Shown: positions 1-9,510, counted from the stretch's first letter. The stretch: 64,000 nt of DNA from Dehalococcoidia bacterium (GCA_009377715.1 WHTN01000005.1:2764-66763); one strand, 5' to 3'. The notes: generated by a model from the sequence alone, not told the origin. Made by a program: numbers and translations.

Positions 1-962
<962 letters not shown>

Positions 963-1010
963 CTATCACTTACCTCCTTATTAAAGCCGAACTGTCTGCT
1001 AACAGTATAA

Positions 1011-1661
1011 CTATCGGGCCTCTTCTTGCTCTTCCGCCTCTTCCTCGCGGCGGCGCATCTCTTCTTCGATCTCATCCTCATCCGTGCGAAGACCGCCCGA
1101 CTCCGTCGTCTGGAGTTTTGCCTGGAGGCGATCGTCTAGGATGCCGTAGTAATCGAGACCGAGGTAGTGTAGCGGCTTGTCGTCATCATCCTCCAGCACC
1201 CAGGTATCGCCGAACGCCTCCTTCTCGACGGTTACTGCCACCACTCTACCTATGAACAGCGTATGGTCGCCCAAGCGCAAGGCATCCTCCAGACCGCATT
1301 CGATATAGCCGACGCAGCCTTCGAGGAGAGGGGCATCGACTTTACGGGCGTTGAACGTCGGTATTTTGGCGGCTTCGATCTTCTGGATCTCACGGCCGCT
1401 CATTACGCCGAAGTACTGCACGTGATTGAGCAAGCGGCGGCTCGGGATGTTGAGGGCGAACTGTTCGCTGAAGCGGATCATGTCGTGGGTATGGCGGGAA
1501 GCATGGACAGCGATACCCACGAACGGCGGGTCGATGGAGAGCGGCATGCTCCAGGCGACGGGCATGACGTTAGAAGTTCCGTGCCAGCGGGTTGTTACTA
1601 ATAGCACCGGAGCGCCACCCAAAAGGCGCCGGGCATCCTGCTCTGAGAGGCTATGTCTCAT
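1011..1661 (-). CDS. Flavin reductase-like domain protein with acidic C-terminal tail
   Basis: 216-aa ORF. The core APVLLVTTRWHGTSNVMPVAWSMPLS...GDHTLFIGRVV resembles the flavin reductase (FMN-binding split barrel) family. The tail is DEDEIEEEMRRREEEAEEQEEAR. Confidence 0.8.
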   Translation of the reverse strand: MRHSLSEQDARRLLGGAPVLLVTTRWHGTSNVMPVAWSMPLSIDPPFVGIAVHASRHTHDMIRFSEQFALNIPSRRLLNHVQYFGVMSGREIQKIEAAKIPTFNARKVDAPLLEGCVGYIECGLEDALRLGDHTLFIGRVVAVTVEKEAFGDTWVLEDDDDKPLHYLGLDYYGILDDRLQAKLQTTESGGLRTDEDEIEEEMRRREEEAEEQEEAR

Positions 1662-1776
1662 GAGTCATCGGCATCTGCCTGTTCGACTTCACCATTATAG
1701 CATGCGATATCATGCACGAACGGATGGCCCGCGCATGATATAATGCACTTAATTTCTGGGTAAAGGACGGTACAAA

Positions 1777-2304
1777 ATGAGGACATTTCAAATTCTTCTT
1801 CTGGCTGTCTCTCTTGTAATCTCCGTTGCGGCAGTGAGCCTCCTCAACCAGCGCTCGTCTCAAGCTGAGCCAATTATTACCGTGACGTTGTATCCGGGCT
1901 GGAACGCTTTCTCCTATCTCGGACCTACAGACGATGTAGAGTCGGCTCTGTCGGATATAGACGGCCAGTACGAAGTGGTCTGCTGGCTGGATGCGTCCCA
2001 ACAGGACTGGGATTGCTACGATCCGAGTGGACCAATGGCGCTTAACGATCTGCAAGAGTTAGAGCAGTATTTGGCATACCTTATCTTCATGAATGCGCAG
2101 GCGTCGATCAGCTTCGATCTCGGCATTCTTACGCCCACTCCTACGCCGACACCGACTGCGACTCCTACCGACACGCCTACGCCGACACCGACTGCGACTC
2201 CTACCGACACGCCAACGCCGACTCCGACTGCGACACCGACCGATACGCCGACCCCTACGCCTACTCCAACGGCGACCCCTACACCCGACGCTGGGCCAGG
2301 TTAG
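1777..2304 (+). CDS. Secreted protein: signal peptide, about 95-aa conserved domain and Thr/Pro repeat linker; ends right after the linker
   Basis: N-terminal hydrophobic signal MRTFQILLLAVSLVISVAAVS. The domain EPIITVTLYPGWNAFSYLGP...YLAYLIFMNAQASISFDLG is clearly paralogous to residues about 28-120 of the 10925-11947 product. The C-terminus is (TPTPTPTATPTD)n. Confidence 0.7.
   Translation: MRTFQILLLAVSLVISVAAVSLLNQRSSQAEPIITVTLYPGWNAFSYLGPTDDVESALSDIDGQYEVVCWLDASQQDWDCYDPSGPMALNDLQELEQYLAYLIFMNAQASISFDLGILTPTPTPTPTATPTDTPTPTPTATPTDTPTPTPTATPTDTPTPTPTPTATPTPDAGPG
2131..2286 (+). repeat. In-frame tandem repeat encoding TPTPTPTATPTD units (36-nt period)
   Basis: 2143-2172 and 2179-2208 are identical 30-mers. 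A third unit at 2209-2244 has diverged at synonymous positions. Confidence 0.85.
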
Positions 2305-2378
2305 TAAATGCCTTGTCGCGGAGATATATATTTGGAACTTGGAAAGAAGATAGATAAGACGGGTAGTGCGAGACTGAG

Positions 2379-2422
2379 CTACGCTGGATCGGTGGCTTGG
2401 TCCACCGCTACTGCCTGCTCCA
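2379..2422. repeat. Orphan duplicate of the 3' end of the DUF1385 gene (left copy of a direct repeat)
   Basis: ctacgctggatcggtggcttggtccaccgctactgcctgctcca matches 2948-2991 at 40 of 44 positions in my hand alignment. On the minus strand it encodes ...LEQAVAVDQATDPA*. Confidence 0.8.
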
Positions 2423-2504
2423 GCATCTGGGTGACATTCGCCATATCCCTTTGCCATAATATGGTTGGAGAATACATGCCATGGCAGCGGTCAAGAAAAA
2501 GCAA

Positions 2505-2725
2505 ATGATGTACAACGTAATCTTGGAACCTGCCGAGGATGGAACCTATACCGTGTATGTCCCAGCCCTTCCGGGGTGTGTATCTCACAAGGGGATACGG
2601 AAGCGGAAGCACTAGAAAACATACAGGACGCCATTGTTATGTGGCTCACAGACCTTAATGAAGAAGTGGAGAAGGAAATATCAGCCCACCGCACTTGTGT
2701 GCGGCGGGTTGAGGTCACCCTTTGA
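2505..2725 (+). pseudogene. hicB: HicB-family antitoxin, frame-disrupted (or carrying a consensus indel)
   Basis: The ATG at 2505 gives MMYNVILEPAEDGTYTVYVPALPGCVSHKG, then TAG at 2613. The conserved continuation QGDTEAEALENIQDAIVMWLTDLNEE lies in the -1 frame (ORF 2465-2725). The switch is at the G4 run 2591-2594. Length 221 nt, so one added base restores 74 codons. Confidence 0.7.
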
Positions 2726-2936
2726 CCCGGTTGCCTCGGGACCTCTCTTGGCAAGAAGTCGTTTCCGCGCTGGCTAGAGCCGGATTTGCCGTTCGTGAAG
2801 GAGCAAAGCATACCGTCTGCCGTAAGGGCGCTCTAAGAGTAACTGTGCCGAGGCATCGCAAGATTAGCCTTACAACCTTATCTCGATTGTTAAGCAGGCC
2901 GGTATGGCCATAGACGAATTCCAGGAATTCCTATAG
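2722..2936 (+). pseudogene. hicA: HicA-family mRNA-interferase toxin, frame-disrupted near the C-terminus
   Basis: The TTG at 2722 overlaps the hicB stop (TTGA). The product MTRLPRDLSWQEVVSALARAGFAVREGAKHTVCRKGALRVTVPRHRKISLTT is HicA-like. The expected C-terminus IVKQAGMAIDEFQEFL* is in the -1 frame, ending at 2936. The switch is near CC 2876-2877. Confidence 0.65.
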
Positions 2937-2947
2937 GAACACCGCTG

Positions 2948-2991
2948 CTACGCAGGATCGCTGGCCTGGTCCACCGCTACCGCCTGCTCCA
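2948..2991. repeat. Right copy of the 44-bp direct repeat (the true 3' end of the DUF1385 gene)
   Basis: See 2379-2422. The two copies bracket the hicBA cassette. Confidence 0.8.
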
Positions 2992-3835
2992 ACGCTTCGA
3001 TGGCGACGGCCACTTGCTCATCGTCGGGTGGGCGGGTGGTCAGGGCTTGTAGCCAGAGGTTCGGTTTGAAGATCAGGCTGACGATCGTGTTGTGCTGAAA
3101 CGCACCGCCGAAGCGGATGATCTCGTAGGCTATAGCCGCGATCACCGGTATCAGCGCTATCCGCGAAATCACCCATAGCCAGAGCGGCGGCGTGCCGAGC
3201 AGCGAGAAGACGACGACAGACACCACGACTACCGTCAGTAGAAAGCTCGTACCACAACGGGGGTGGGCTGTGCTGTGCCGTTGCACCGACTGGATCGTAA
3301 GCGGGTCGCCCGCCTCGTAGGCGTGGATCGCCTTGTGCTCGGCGCCGTGATAGGCGAAGACGCGCTTAACGTCCGGCAAAAGACCGATTAAAGACAGGTA
3401 CGCTAAGACCACGCCCAGGCGAATTAGCCCCTCCGCAATTACTACGGCTAGGTGCTTGCTGATGTGATCTTCAATCCAGTGCGTCAAAAATACCGGCCCT
3501 GCGAAGAAGATGCCGCCGGCTACCAGGAACACCGCCGCGAGCATCCACCAGACGGATGCTGGGCTTATCTCCTCTTCTTCATCGCCTGTGGCCACGCTGG
3601 CTGAATACAGCAGAGCGCGCGTGCCGAGGTTGAGCGTCTCCCAGAGGACGATAATGCCCCGCACCAGTGGCCACCGGCGCAGCGGGCCCGTATAGATGCC
3701 GCCTAAGCCCTCGGCGCGCATGGCTATCGTTCCATCCGGGCGCCGGCAGGCGATGGCGAATGCCCGCTGCCCGCGGATCATCACACCTTCAACTACAGCT
3801 TGTCCGCCGTAAGAGCGTGCTCGCGCTTGGGCCAT
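2948..3835 (-). CDS. DUF1385 domain-containing membrane protein
   Basis: From the ATG at 3835 the product is MAQARARSYGGQAVVEGVMIRG...AYHGAEHKAIHAYE...HPRCGTSF, matching DUF1385 hallmarks. The longer 358-aa ORF would overlap rpmE and is rejected. Confidence 0.8.
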   Translation of the reverse strand: MAQARARSYGGQAVVEGVMIRGQRAFAIACRRPDGTIAMRAEGLGGIYTGPLRRWPLVRGIIVLWETLNLGTRALLYSASVATGDEEEEISPASVWWMLAAVFLVAGGIFFAGPVFLTHWIEDHISKHLAVVIAEGLIRLGVVLAYLSLIGLLPDVKRVFAYHGAEHKAIHAYEAGDPLTIQSVQRHSTAHPRCGTSFLLTVVVVSVVVFSLLGTPPLWLWVISRIALIPVIAAIAYEIIRFGGAFQHNTIVSLIFKPNLWLQALTTRPPDDEQVAVAIEALEQAVAVDQASDPA

Positions 3836-3855
3836 AGACGTCTTAATGCGGGGAA

Positions 3856-4068
3856 TTATTGTTCGTTCGTCTGGAGACCGTAGCGGCGCAAGAAGCGCTC
3901 GACGCGGCCTGCCGTATCGACGATGCGTTGCTCGCCGGTGAAGAACGGGTGGCAGTTGCTGCACACCTCTACATGCAGCCGCTCGTTCGTCGAGCGGGTC
4001 TTGAATGTGTTGCCACAGGCACATACGACCGTGGCTTCTACGTACTCGGGGTGAATGTTAGCTTTCAT
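3856..4068 (-). CDS. rpmE: 50S ribosomal protein L31
   Basis: [27 protein letters not shown]...[13 protein letters not shown], the zinc-binding type. Confidence 0.95.
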   Translation of the reverse strand: MKANIHPEYVEATVVCACGNTFKTRSTNERLHVEVCSNCHPFFTGEQRIVDTAGRVERFLRRYGLQTNEQ

Positions 4069-4073
4069 AATCT

Positions 4074-4334
4074 CTATTCTACTAAGTAAACACTTGCCTT
4101 ACGTCGACCGTATTTATTGTAAGGCTCGAACTTAACGCGGCCATCGACCAGTGCGTAAAGCGTGTGATCGCGGCCGACCCCTACGTTGCTGCCTGGGTGG
4201 ATGCGTGTCCCCCGCTGCCTCACGATGATCGTGCCGGCGTTAATTACCTGTCCATCGAACCGCTTTACGCCGAGCCGCTGCGACTGGCTGTCGCGGCCGT
4301 TGCGGGAGCTGCCTCCACCCTTCTTGTGAGCCAT
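4074..4334 (-). CDS. rpmA: 50S ribosomal protein L27
   Basis: [29 protein letters not shown]... Confidence 0.95.
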   Translation of the reverse strand: MAHKKGGGSSRNGRDSQSQRLGVKRFDGQVINAGTIIVRQRGTRIHPGSNVGVGRDHTLYALVDGRVKFEPYNKYGRRKASVYLVE

Positions 4335-4337
4335 TAC

Positions 4338-4754
4338 TTATTCACCTTCCTCTGCTGGGGTCTGGGTTTCAGCCGCCGGCGTCGAACTTGCCCTAGGTGA
4401 CCGCCGACGTGGAGCCGCGGCTGCTTTAGCCTCCGGCTCGCTGCCGGTGAGGACTTCGCGTATCATCAAGCGGCTATACGGTTGCCGGTGCCCAGTCTTC
4501 TTGCGATAACGCACCTTCGACTTGTATTTGAAGACCGTAATTTTGTCGGCACGTCCATGCGAAACGACTTCCGCAACGACTTTTGCCTTTTCCAGTTCCG
4601 AACCATCGAAGACCGCGTCATCGCCTTCGCCGACCATGAGAATATCGGTCAGCTCAAGCCGTTCGCCTACGGCCGTAGAAACCGTCGGTACGTCTAACGT
4701 CTGACCTGGTTGTACTCTAAACTGCTTACCGCCTGTGCGGACTATCGCGTAAAT
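4338..4754 (-). CDS. rplU: 50S ribosomal protein L21, apparently ATT-initiated, with a C-terminal Ala/Pro/Glu extension
   Basis: The reading frame gives (I)YAIVRTGGKQFRVQPGQTLDV..., where the conserved MYAI(V/I) N-terminus falls on ATT at 4754-4752. GGAGG lies at 4766-4762, with 7 nt between it and the ATT. There is no in-frame ATG/GTG/TTG between the promoter and this codon. 417 nt equals 139 codons. Confidence 0.85.
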   Translation of the reverse strand: MYAIVRTGGKQFRVQPGQTLDVPTVSTAVGERLELTDILMVGEGDDAVFDGSELEKAKVVAEVVSHGRADKITVFKYKSKVRYRKKTGHRQPYSRLMIREVLTGSEPEAKAAAAPRRRSPRASSTPAAETQTPAEEGE

Positions 4755-4784
4755 TTCTTTGCCTCCTGATAAGCTTGCCTTAGC

Positions 4785-4814
4785 ATTCTAGCAGCGCTCC
4801 AGTTTGAGCGTCAA
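4785..4814 (-). promoter_or_regulatory. Candidate sigma-70-type promoter for rplU-rpmA(-rpmE)
   Basis: On the minus strand, TTGACG (4814-4809), an 18-nt spacer, then TAGAAT (4790-4785). This sits about 30 nt upstream of the rplU start. Confidence 0.4.
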
Positions 4815-4827
4815 TTGTTGTACATAA

Positions 4828-4860
4828 CTTCGCCTAAAGCTCTCAAGGCCTTAGGCGAAG
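4828..4860 (-). terminator. Hairpin downstream of ftsH
   Basis: Perfect 10-bp stem cttcgcctaa / ttaggcgaag, beginning 12 nt after the ftsH stop. The trailing U-tract is weak. Confidence 0.35.
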
Positions 4861-4871
4861 TTGCTGGCTTC

Positions 4872-6860
4872 TTACTTGTCCAGTGAGATGTTGGACTGTT
4901 GGCCGCCCCAAGCCAGTCCAGGCTTCTGCCCTGTTGGACGGGCGGCTGGCTTCTCTTCATCCTGCGGCTCTGAATCTTCAGGTGGCATCACAGATCCCTC
5001 CGGCTCGCTCGGCACCAGCTCCTCGCCGGGCGCAGCGTTAAATAGCGCCTCCAGATCCTTACCCTCTACCGACTCACGGTCCATCAAGTACTTAGCTATT
5101 TGTTCTAACTTGGGCCGGTTGTCAGTGAGAATGGAAAGGGCCGTCGTGTAGGCCTGATCGACTATCCGTCGCACCTCATCGTCGATCTCTTCAGCGACCT
5201 TCTCACTATAGTCGCGCTGCTCAGAAATCTCTCGTCCAAGAAATACCATCTCCTCGCGGCGACCGAAGGTACGCGGGCCGAGCCTCTCGCTCATACCCCA
5301 GCGGGTGACCATCTGGCGCGCGATCTTGGTGGCACGCTCTAGGTCGTCAGATGGGCCCGTCGTCTTTTCGTCGAAGATGATCTCTTCAGCGGCCATACCG
5401 CCGAGGCTGGCCGCTAGCATGGCGGTGAACTGCGAGCGCGTGCCCAGGTAGCGGTCCTCTTCGGGCAGGAAACGAGTGTAACCACCCGCCATCCCGCGCG
5501 GGACGATCGTGATCTTGTGAACTGGGTCGGCGTTGGGCAGCATATGCGCCACCAGCGCATGTCCTGCCTCGTGGTGAGCGACTATCTCCCTCTCCTTTGG
5601 GGAGATCACGCGGCTTTTACGCTCCGGCCCAGCGATGCCCCGATCGATCGCTTCTTCGAGTTCTGGCATGCCGATGCGTTTCTTATTCCCTCTGGCCGCC
5701 AAAATTGCCCCCTCGTTGACGAGGTTGGCTATGTCAGCGCCAGAGAAGCCATGCGTCTGTTTTGCTAGTACGTCCAGATCGACGTCCTTCTCCAAGGGCT
5801 TGCCTTTGATGTGAACCTCCAGAATGGCCCGTCGGCCCTTAATGTCCGGACGGTCGAGCACAACCTGCCTGTCGAAGCGCCCTGGACGCAGCAGCGCCGG
5901 ATCCAGGATGTCGGGGCGGTTGGTCGCCGCCATAATTATGACGTTCGTGTTGGTATCGAAGCCGTCCATCTCCACCAGGATCTGGTTCAGCGTTTGCTCT
6001 CGTTCGTCGTGGCTGCCGCCCAGGCCAGCGCCACGGTGCCGTCCGACAGCGTCGATCTCATCGACGAAGACGATGCATGGCGAATTACGCTTCGCCTGGT
6101 CGAACAGGTCGCGGACGCGGGAAGCGCCCACGCCGACGAACATCTCCACGAATTCGGAACCGCTTATGGAGAAGAACGGCACGCCCGCTTCGCCGGCGAC
6201 GGCTCGAGCGAGTAGCGTTTTGCCGGTGCCCGGAGGGCCGAGAAGCAGGACGCCGCGCGGTATGCGGGCGCCCAAGGCAGCGAAGCGCTCTGGGAACTTC
6301 AAGAACTCTACGACTTCTTTAAGCTCCTCTTTCGCTTCTTCGGCGCCAGCTACGTCGTTAAATGTTACCGTGGGCCGGTTGCTGGTAAACATACGCGCCC
6401 GGCTCTTCCCGAAGCTCATCGCCTGGGAATTGGAGCCTTGCGCTTGGCGCATGAAGAATAGGAGGATAGCGCCAAAAATAATCAAGGGCAGGAAGTTGAT
6501 CAGAACACCGATCCAGCTGCCGAAGCGGCTGCCTTCCTTGACCACTACATCTATGGCCTCGATGTTAGTCCTTACCGTTGGACTTTCCTCGGAGGCCTGC
6601 TGTAAGAGCTCGGTAAGGCTTGCCCCCTCTTCTTTTCGGGAATCGAAGACCTGCTGGTCTTCGTAGGTAACCTTTAAATTGTCGCCATCTATCTCGATTT
6701 CCTGCACTAGGCCGGCTTTTGCATCCGTTAGCACTTGGTTTAGCGGGATGTCGTCATTCGACGAGCCGGAAGGAAACACGGAGATCACGATGGCCACGAT
6801 TAACACCACCACCAGGAGGTATAAGAAGCCACTTCTGAGCCACCGTCCAGACATTTTCAC
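4872..6860 (-). CDS. ftsH: ATP-dependent zinc metalloprotease FtsH
   Basis: 662 aa with an N-terminal TM segment, Walker [17 protein letters not shown] region and HEAGH zinc motif. Confidence 0.97.
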   Translation of the reverse strand: MKMSGRWLRSGFLYLLVVVLIVAIVISVFPSGSSNDDIPLNQVLTDAKAGLVQEIEIDGDNLKVTYEDQQVFDSRKEEGASLTELLQQASEESPTVRTNIEAIDVVVKEGSRFGSWIGVLINFLPLIIFGAILLFFMRQAQGSNSQAMSFGKSRARMFTSNRPTVTFNDVAGAEEAKEELKEVVEFLKFPERFAALGARIPRGVLLLGPPGTGKTLLARAVAGEAGVPFFSISGSEFVEMFVGVGASRVRDLFDQAKRNSPCIVFVDEIDAVGRHRGAGLGGSHDEREQTLNQILVEMDGFDTNTNVIIMAATNRPDILDPALLRPGRFDRQVVLDRPDIKGRRAILEVHIKGKPLEKDVDLDVLAKQTHGFSGADIANLVNEGAILAARGNKKRIGMPELEEAIDRGIAGPERKSRVISPKEREIVAHHEAGHALVAHMLPNADPVHKITIVPRGMAGGYTRFLPEEDRYLGTRSQFTAMLAASLGGMAAEEIIFDEKTTGPSDDLERATKIARQMVTRWGMSERLGPRTFGRREEMVFLGREISEQRDYSEKVAEEIDDEVRRIVDQAYTTALSILTDNRPKLEQIAKYLMDRESVEGKDLEALFNAAPGEELVPSEPEGSVMPPEDSEPQDEEKPAARPTGQKPGLAWGGQQSNISLDK

Positions 6861-6947
6861 CTCTGAGAAATATGCTAAAACGTCGAGAAGACAATTCTCC
6901 CCGTAGTGACAATTATAGCAGACAGGCCTTGAAAAACCAAACTTCGT

Positions 6948-7148
6948 TTAAGTTTGAGGCTGGGGGGTCGCGGAAGCCAGCACCCCAGCCTGAGACCAGT
7001 TCTCCTTCGGCACATCTTCGAATATTACGAACGTCGCCTCCGGGGTGGTTTTAGCGATGTTTACCACCGCATCTGTGATCACTCGCGCCAGCTCCTGCTT
7101 CTGCTCCACGGTCCGCCCCGGCCACATCTCTATTCGAACGATCGGCAT
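6948..7148 (-). CDS. 4-oxalocrotonate tautomerase family protein
   Basis: 66 aa beginning MPIVRIEMWPGRTVEQKQELARVITDAV, with Pro-1 after the initiator Met. Confidence 0.85.
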   Translation of the reverse strand: MPIVRIEMWPGRTVEQKQELARVITDAVVNIAKTTPEATFVIFEDVPKENWSQAGVLASATPQPQT

Positions 7149-7234
7149 AGTATTCTCCTTGATAGTGTGTATTGCCTTTCATGCGAATAATAGCACAGCT
7201 ACTGAGAGGCAAAGCTTTGGGTGAACGGATACTA

Positions 7235-7270
7235 TTTCCTCCTTCCTCTTCCTTCTTCTTCCTTCCTTCC
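7235..7270. repeat. 36-nt uninterrupted polypyrimidine (CT) tract
   Basis: tttcctccttcctcttccttcttcttccttccttcc lies directly upstream of rnhB. It is related to the GGAAGAGGGAAG-type tracts at 25301-25341 and 33871-33925. Confidence 0.7.
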
Positions 7271-7284
7271 GTACAATTGCGGCG

Positions 7285-7923
7285 ATGACAGACGTCTGCA
7301 TACCCGATTTCAAGTTCGAGATCGACGCCTGGAGCCAGGGAGCGTTGCGGGTTGCGGGTGTGGACGAAGTGGGCCGTGGCCCGCTGGCCGGGCCGGTGTT
7401 CGCGGCGGCCGTAATATTGCCGCACTTCGCCAATTACGACTGGCTTTCTGATGTCCGCGATAGCAAAATGCTCACGCCTTTGGCTAGGGAGCGGCTTGCC
7501 GAACGGATCAGAAGTCACGCTCTGGTGGGCGTGGGAGCTGTATCGCACGAGGAGATTGACGAGATCGGCATCGGCGTTGCGAGCCTCCGCGCGATGCTGC
7601 TAGCGGTCGAAGCGTTGCCGGCTTCACCGGATTGCTTGCTGATAGACGGCCGCTTCACGATTACGGGCGCGTTCTTGCCTCAGCGGGCGGTCATAGATGG
7701 TGATGCTCTCTGTCTGTCTGTCGCCTGCGCCTCTATCGTAGCCAAAGTCGAGCGCGATCGATTGCTGGTCAAGCTAGATGTTGAATATCCGGGGTACGGT
7801 TTCGCCTCCCACAAAGGGTACTCAACGCCAGAGCATCGCGCCGCTCTACAACAGCTTGGCCCCTGCCCTCTCCACCGGCGTTCTTTTTTGCCGATAAGGC
7901 TCGCCTTAGCTCGAGGGGTATGA
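7285..7923 (+). CDS. rnhB: Ribonuclease HII
   Basis: GVDEVGRGPLAGPVFAAAV...DSKMLT...motifs. Confidence 0.93.
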   Translation: MTDVCIPDFKFEIDAWSQGALRVAGVDEVGRGPLAGPVFAAAVILPHFANYDWLSDVRDSKMLTPLARERLAERIRSHALVGVGAVSHEEIDEIGIGVASLRAMLLAVEALPASPDCLLIDGRFTITGAFLPQRAVIDGDALCLSVACASIVAKVERDRLLVKLDVEYPGYGFASHKGYSTPEHRAALQQLGPCPLHRRSFLPIRLALARGV

Positions 7924-8291
7924 GCGAACGGCGGCGTTTCGGCGACTCCGGCGAAAGGCTAGCGGTCGCTCATCTTGAGGCAAAAGGATACAGCATCGTC
8001 GAACGTAACTTTCGCGTCCGCGAGGGAGAGATCGATATTATCGCCGCACGTGATGATGTCTTGGTTTTCGTAGAGGTGCGCATCCGGCGCGGAGATTCGG
8101 CCGGCACTGCCGGCGAGTCGATTACGCCGGCCAAACGAAAGCGCCTGTTAGCGCTTGCCGACGCCTATAACCAGCAGCGGGACGGCTTACCGGAGCAGCG
8201 CCGGATAGATGTGATCGCGGTGGATTTAAGCCTGAATGGGCGCCTCTTACGCATCGAACATATCGAAAACGCGGTCGATGCTTCTGCCTAA
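7920..8291 (+). CDS. YraN family (UPF0102) endonuclease-like protein
   Basis: GERLAVAHLEAKGYSIVERNFRVREGEIDIIA...VFVEVR. ATGA overlap with rnhB. Confidence 0.85.
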   Translation: MSERRRFGDSGERLAVAHLEAKGYSIVERNFRVREGEIDIIAARDDVLVFVEVRIRRGDSAGTAGESITPAKRKRLLALADAYNQQRDGLPEQRRIDVIAVDLSLNGRLLRIEHIENAVDASA

Positions 8292-8424
8292 GCTGTTGTT
8301 GTGCTCGTTTTCAGATGACATGAGGGAAGGGTTAGAATAAACATTTTTGGACAAGCCCAGGACTATTGTCAGGACGTTACGTCCTCGTTATCCTAAATTG
8401 AGAGGCCCGACCGTATAAAAACTA

Positions 8425-8796
8425 ATGCCTATCTATGAATTTCGCTGCAACCAGTGTAAAAGGACTACTAACGTCTTTCAGCGTAGCATCAACGCTACCG
8501 TTAATCCCGTTTGTGAGCATTGCGGTAGTGACGACCTTTTTCGCTTAGTCTCTCGCTTCGCTATAATGCGGTCGAATATGATCATGGACGATGCCCTATC
8601 CGATCTCGACGCCGTAGACGAGAACGATCCGCGCAGTGTCGCTCGCTGGGCGCGGCGCATGCAAGCCGAAGGTTATGGCGGTGACATAGGCCCGGAGTTC
8701 GATCAAATGATCGAACGGATGGAAGCAGGCCAGACGATGGACGAGATCGACGCCGGCGATGTTGGTGGCTGGGACGATGGTCTCGGGGACGAGTGA
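8425..8796 (+). CDS. FmdB-family zinc-ribbon protein with acidic tail
   Basis: MPIYEFRCNQCKRTT...CEHCGSDDL (CxxC...CxxC). Confidence 0.75.
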   Translation: MPIYEFRCNQCKRTTNVFQRSINATVNPVCEHCGSDDLFRLVSRFAIMRSNMIMDDALSDLDAVDENDPRSVARWARRMQAEGYGGDIGPEFDQMIERMEAGQTMDEIDAGDVGGWDDGLGDE

Positions 8797-9482
8797 CGTT
8801 AGCGCTCTTTGCATCTGAGGCAAGTCCTATCGAAACCTCTCCGGCAGGACTGCAAGACTTGGGCGATAGCATCCGTCTCCGGATGGATGCTCGCCACGCC
8901 GCTCGCGAGGAAGCCATAGCGCCTTGCCGCACAGAGATCCGTCACTCGGCCAACGCAATTCGCGCCCTTCATCGGTCGGAGTTTCGCCAGGCCGAAGAAC
9001 TGTTGTCGGCAGCGGAGCAGCTATTGGATAAAGCTCAGGAGGCTTTGTCAGCCCATCCGGATATTTTCCACGCTGGTTTTGTTCACGACGCGCAGAAGGA
9101 GTATGCAGAGGCGTGGTTAACGCTCGCCCTGGTAACCGGGCGCCCTCTGCCTTCGCCGCAACACTTACGGGTCGGGGATGCAGCTTACTTAAACGGAATG
9201 GGGGAAGCGGTGGGCGAGCTCCGGCGTTACTTACTAGATAACTTGCGCCAAGGAAAGATCGCTCGCTGTGAAGCTATCCTGGTGACGATGGATGACATCT
9301 ATAACCTCCTGACGACGATGGATTATCCTGACGCTATCACCGGCGGGCTGCGCCGTACGACCGACAACGTGCGCGGAATACTCGAGAGGACTCGCGGCGA
9401 TTTTACCTCTGCCGCTCTTCAGGATCGGTTGGCTGAACGGCTGAGCGCTGTTAGAGACCATCTAGACCGTCAGAATCTATAG
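8793..9482 (+). CDS. Translin-family protein (bacterial translin-like)
   Basis: The GTG start overlaps the previous stop (GTGA). AAYLNGMGEAVGELRRYLLDNLRQG...MDDIYNLLTTMDYPDAITGGLRRTTDNVRGILERTRGDF matches the translin C-terminal pattern. Confidence 0.65.
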   Translation: MTLALFASEASPIETSPAGLQDLGDSIRLRMDARHAAREEAIAPCRTEIRHSANAIRALHRSEFRQAEELLSAAEQLLDKAQEALSAHPDIFHAGFVHDAQKEYAEAWLTLALVTGRPLPSPQHLRVGDAAYLNGMGEAVGELRRYLLDNLRQGKIARCEAILVTMDDIYNLLTTMDYPDAITGGLRRTTDNVRGILERTRGDFTSAALQDRLAERLSAVRDHLDRQNL

Positions 9483-9510
9483 AAAAAATCTTTAATTCAT
9501 GCAGGGAATC

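Noticed and set aside
2379-2612. 77-aa minus-strand ORF ending ...MLEQAVAVDQATDPA
   Set aside because: Only its last ~14 codons are meaningful, being a duplicated stub of the DUF1385 3' end. The rest runs antisense through hicB. I treat it as a repeat, not a gene.
2948-4024. Full 358-aa ORF for the DUF1385 gene
   Set aside because: The first 63 codons overlap rpmE (3856-4068) on the same strand in another frame and show no family similarity. The conserved DUF1385 N-terminus begins at the ATG at 3835.
5824-6666. 280-aa plus-strand ORF, and other long ORFs antisense to ftsH
   Set aside because: It lies entirely inside the strongly supported ftsH gene on the opposite strand. Its Ser/Arg/Pro-rich, low-complexity translation is typical of antisense frames in GC-rich DNA.
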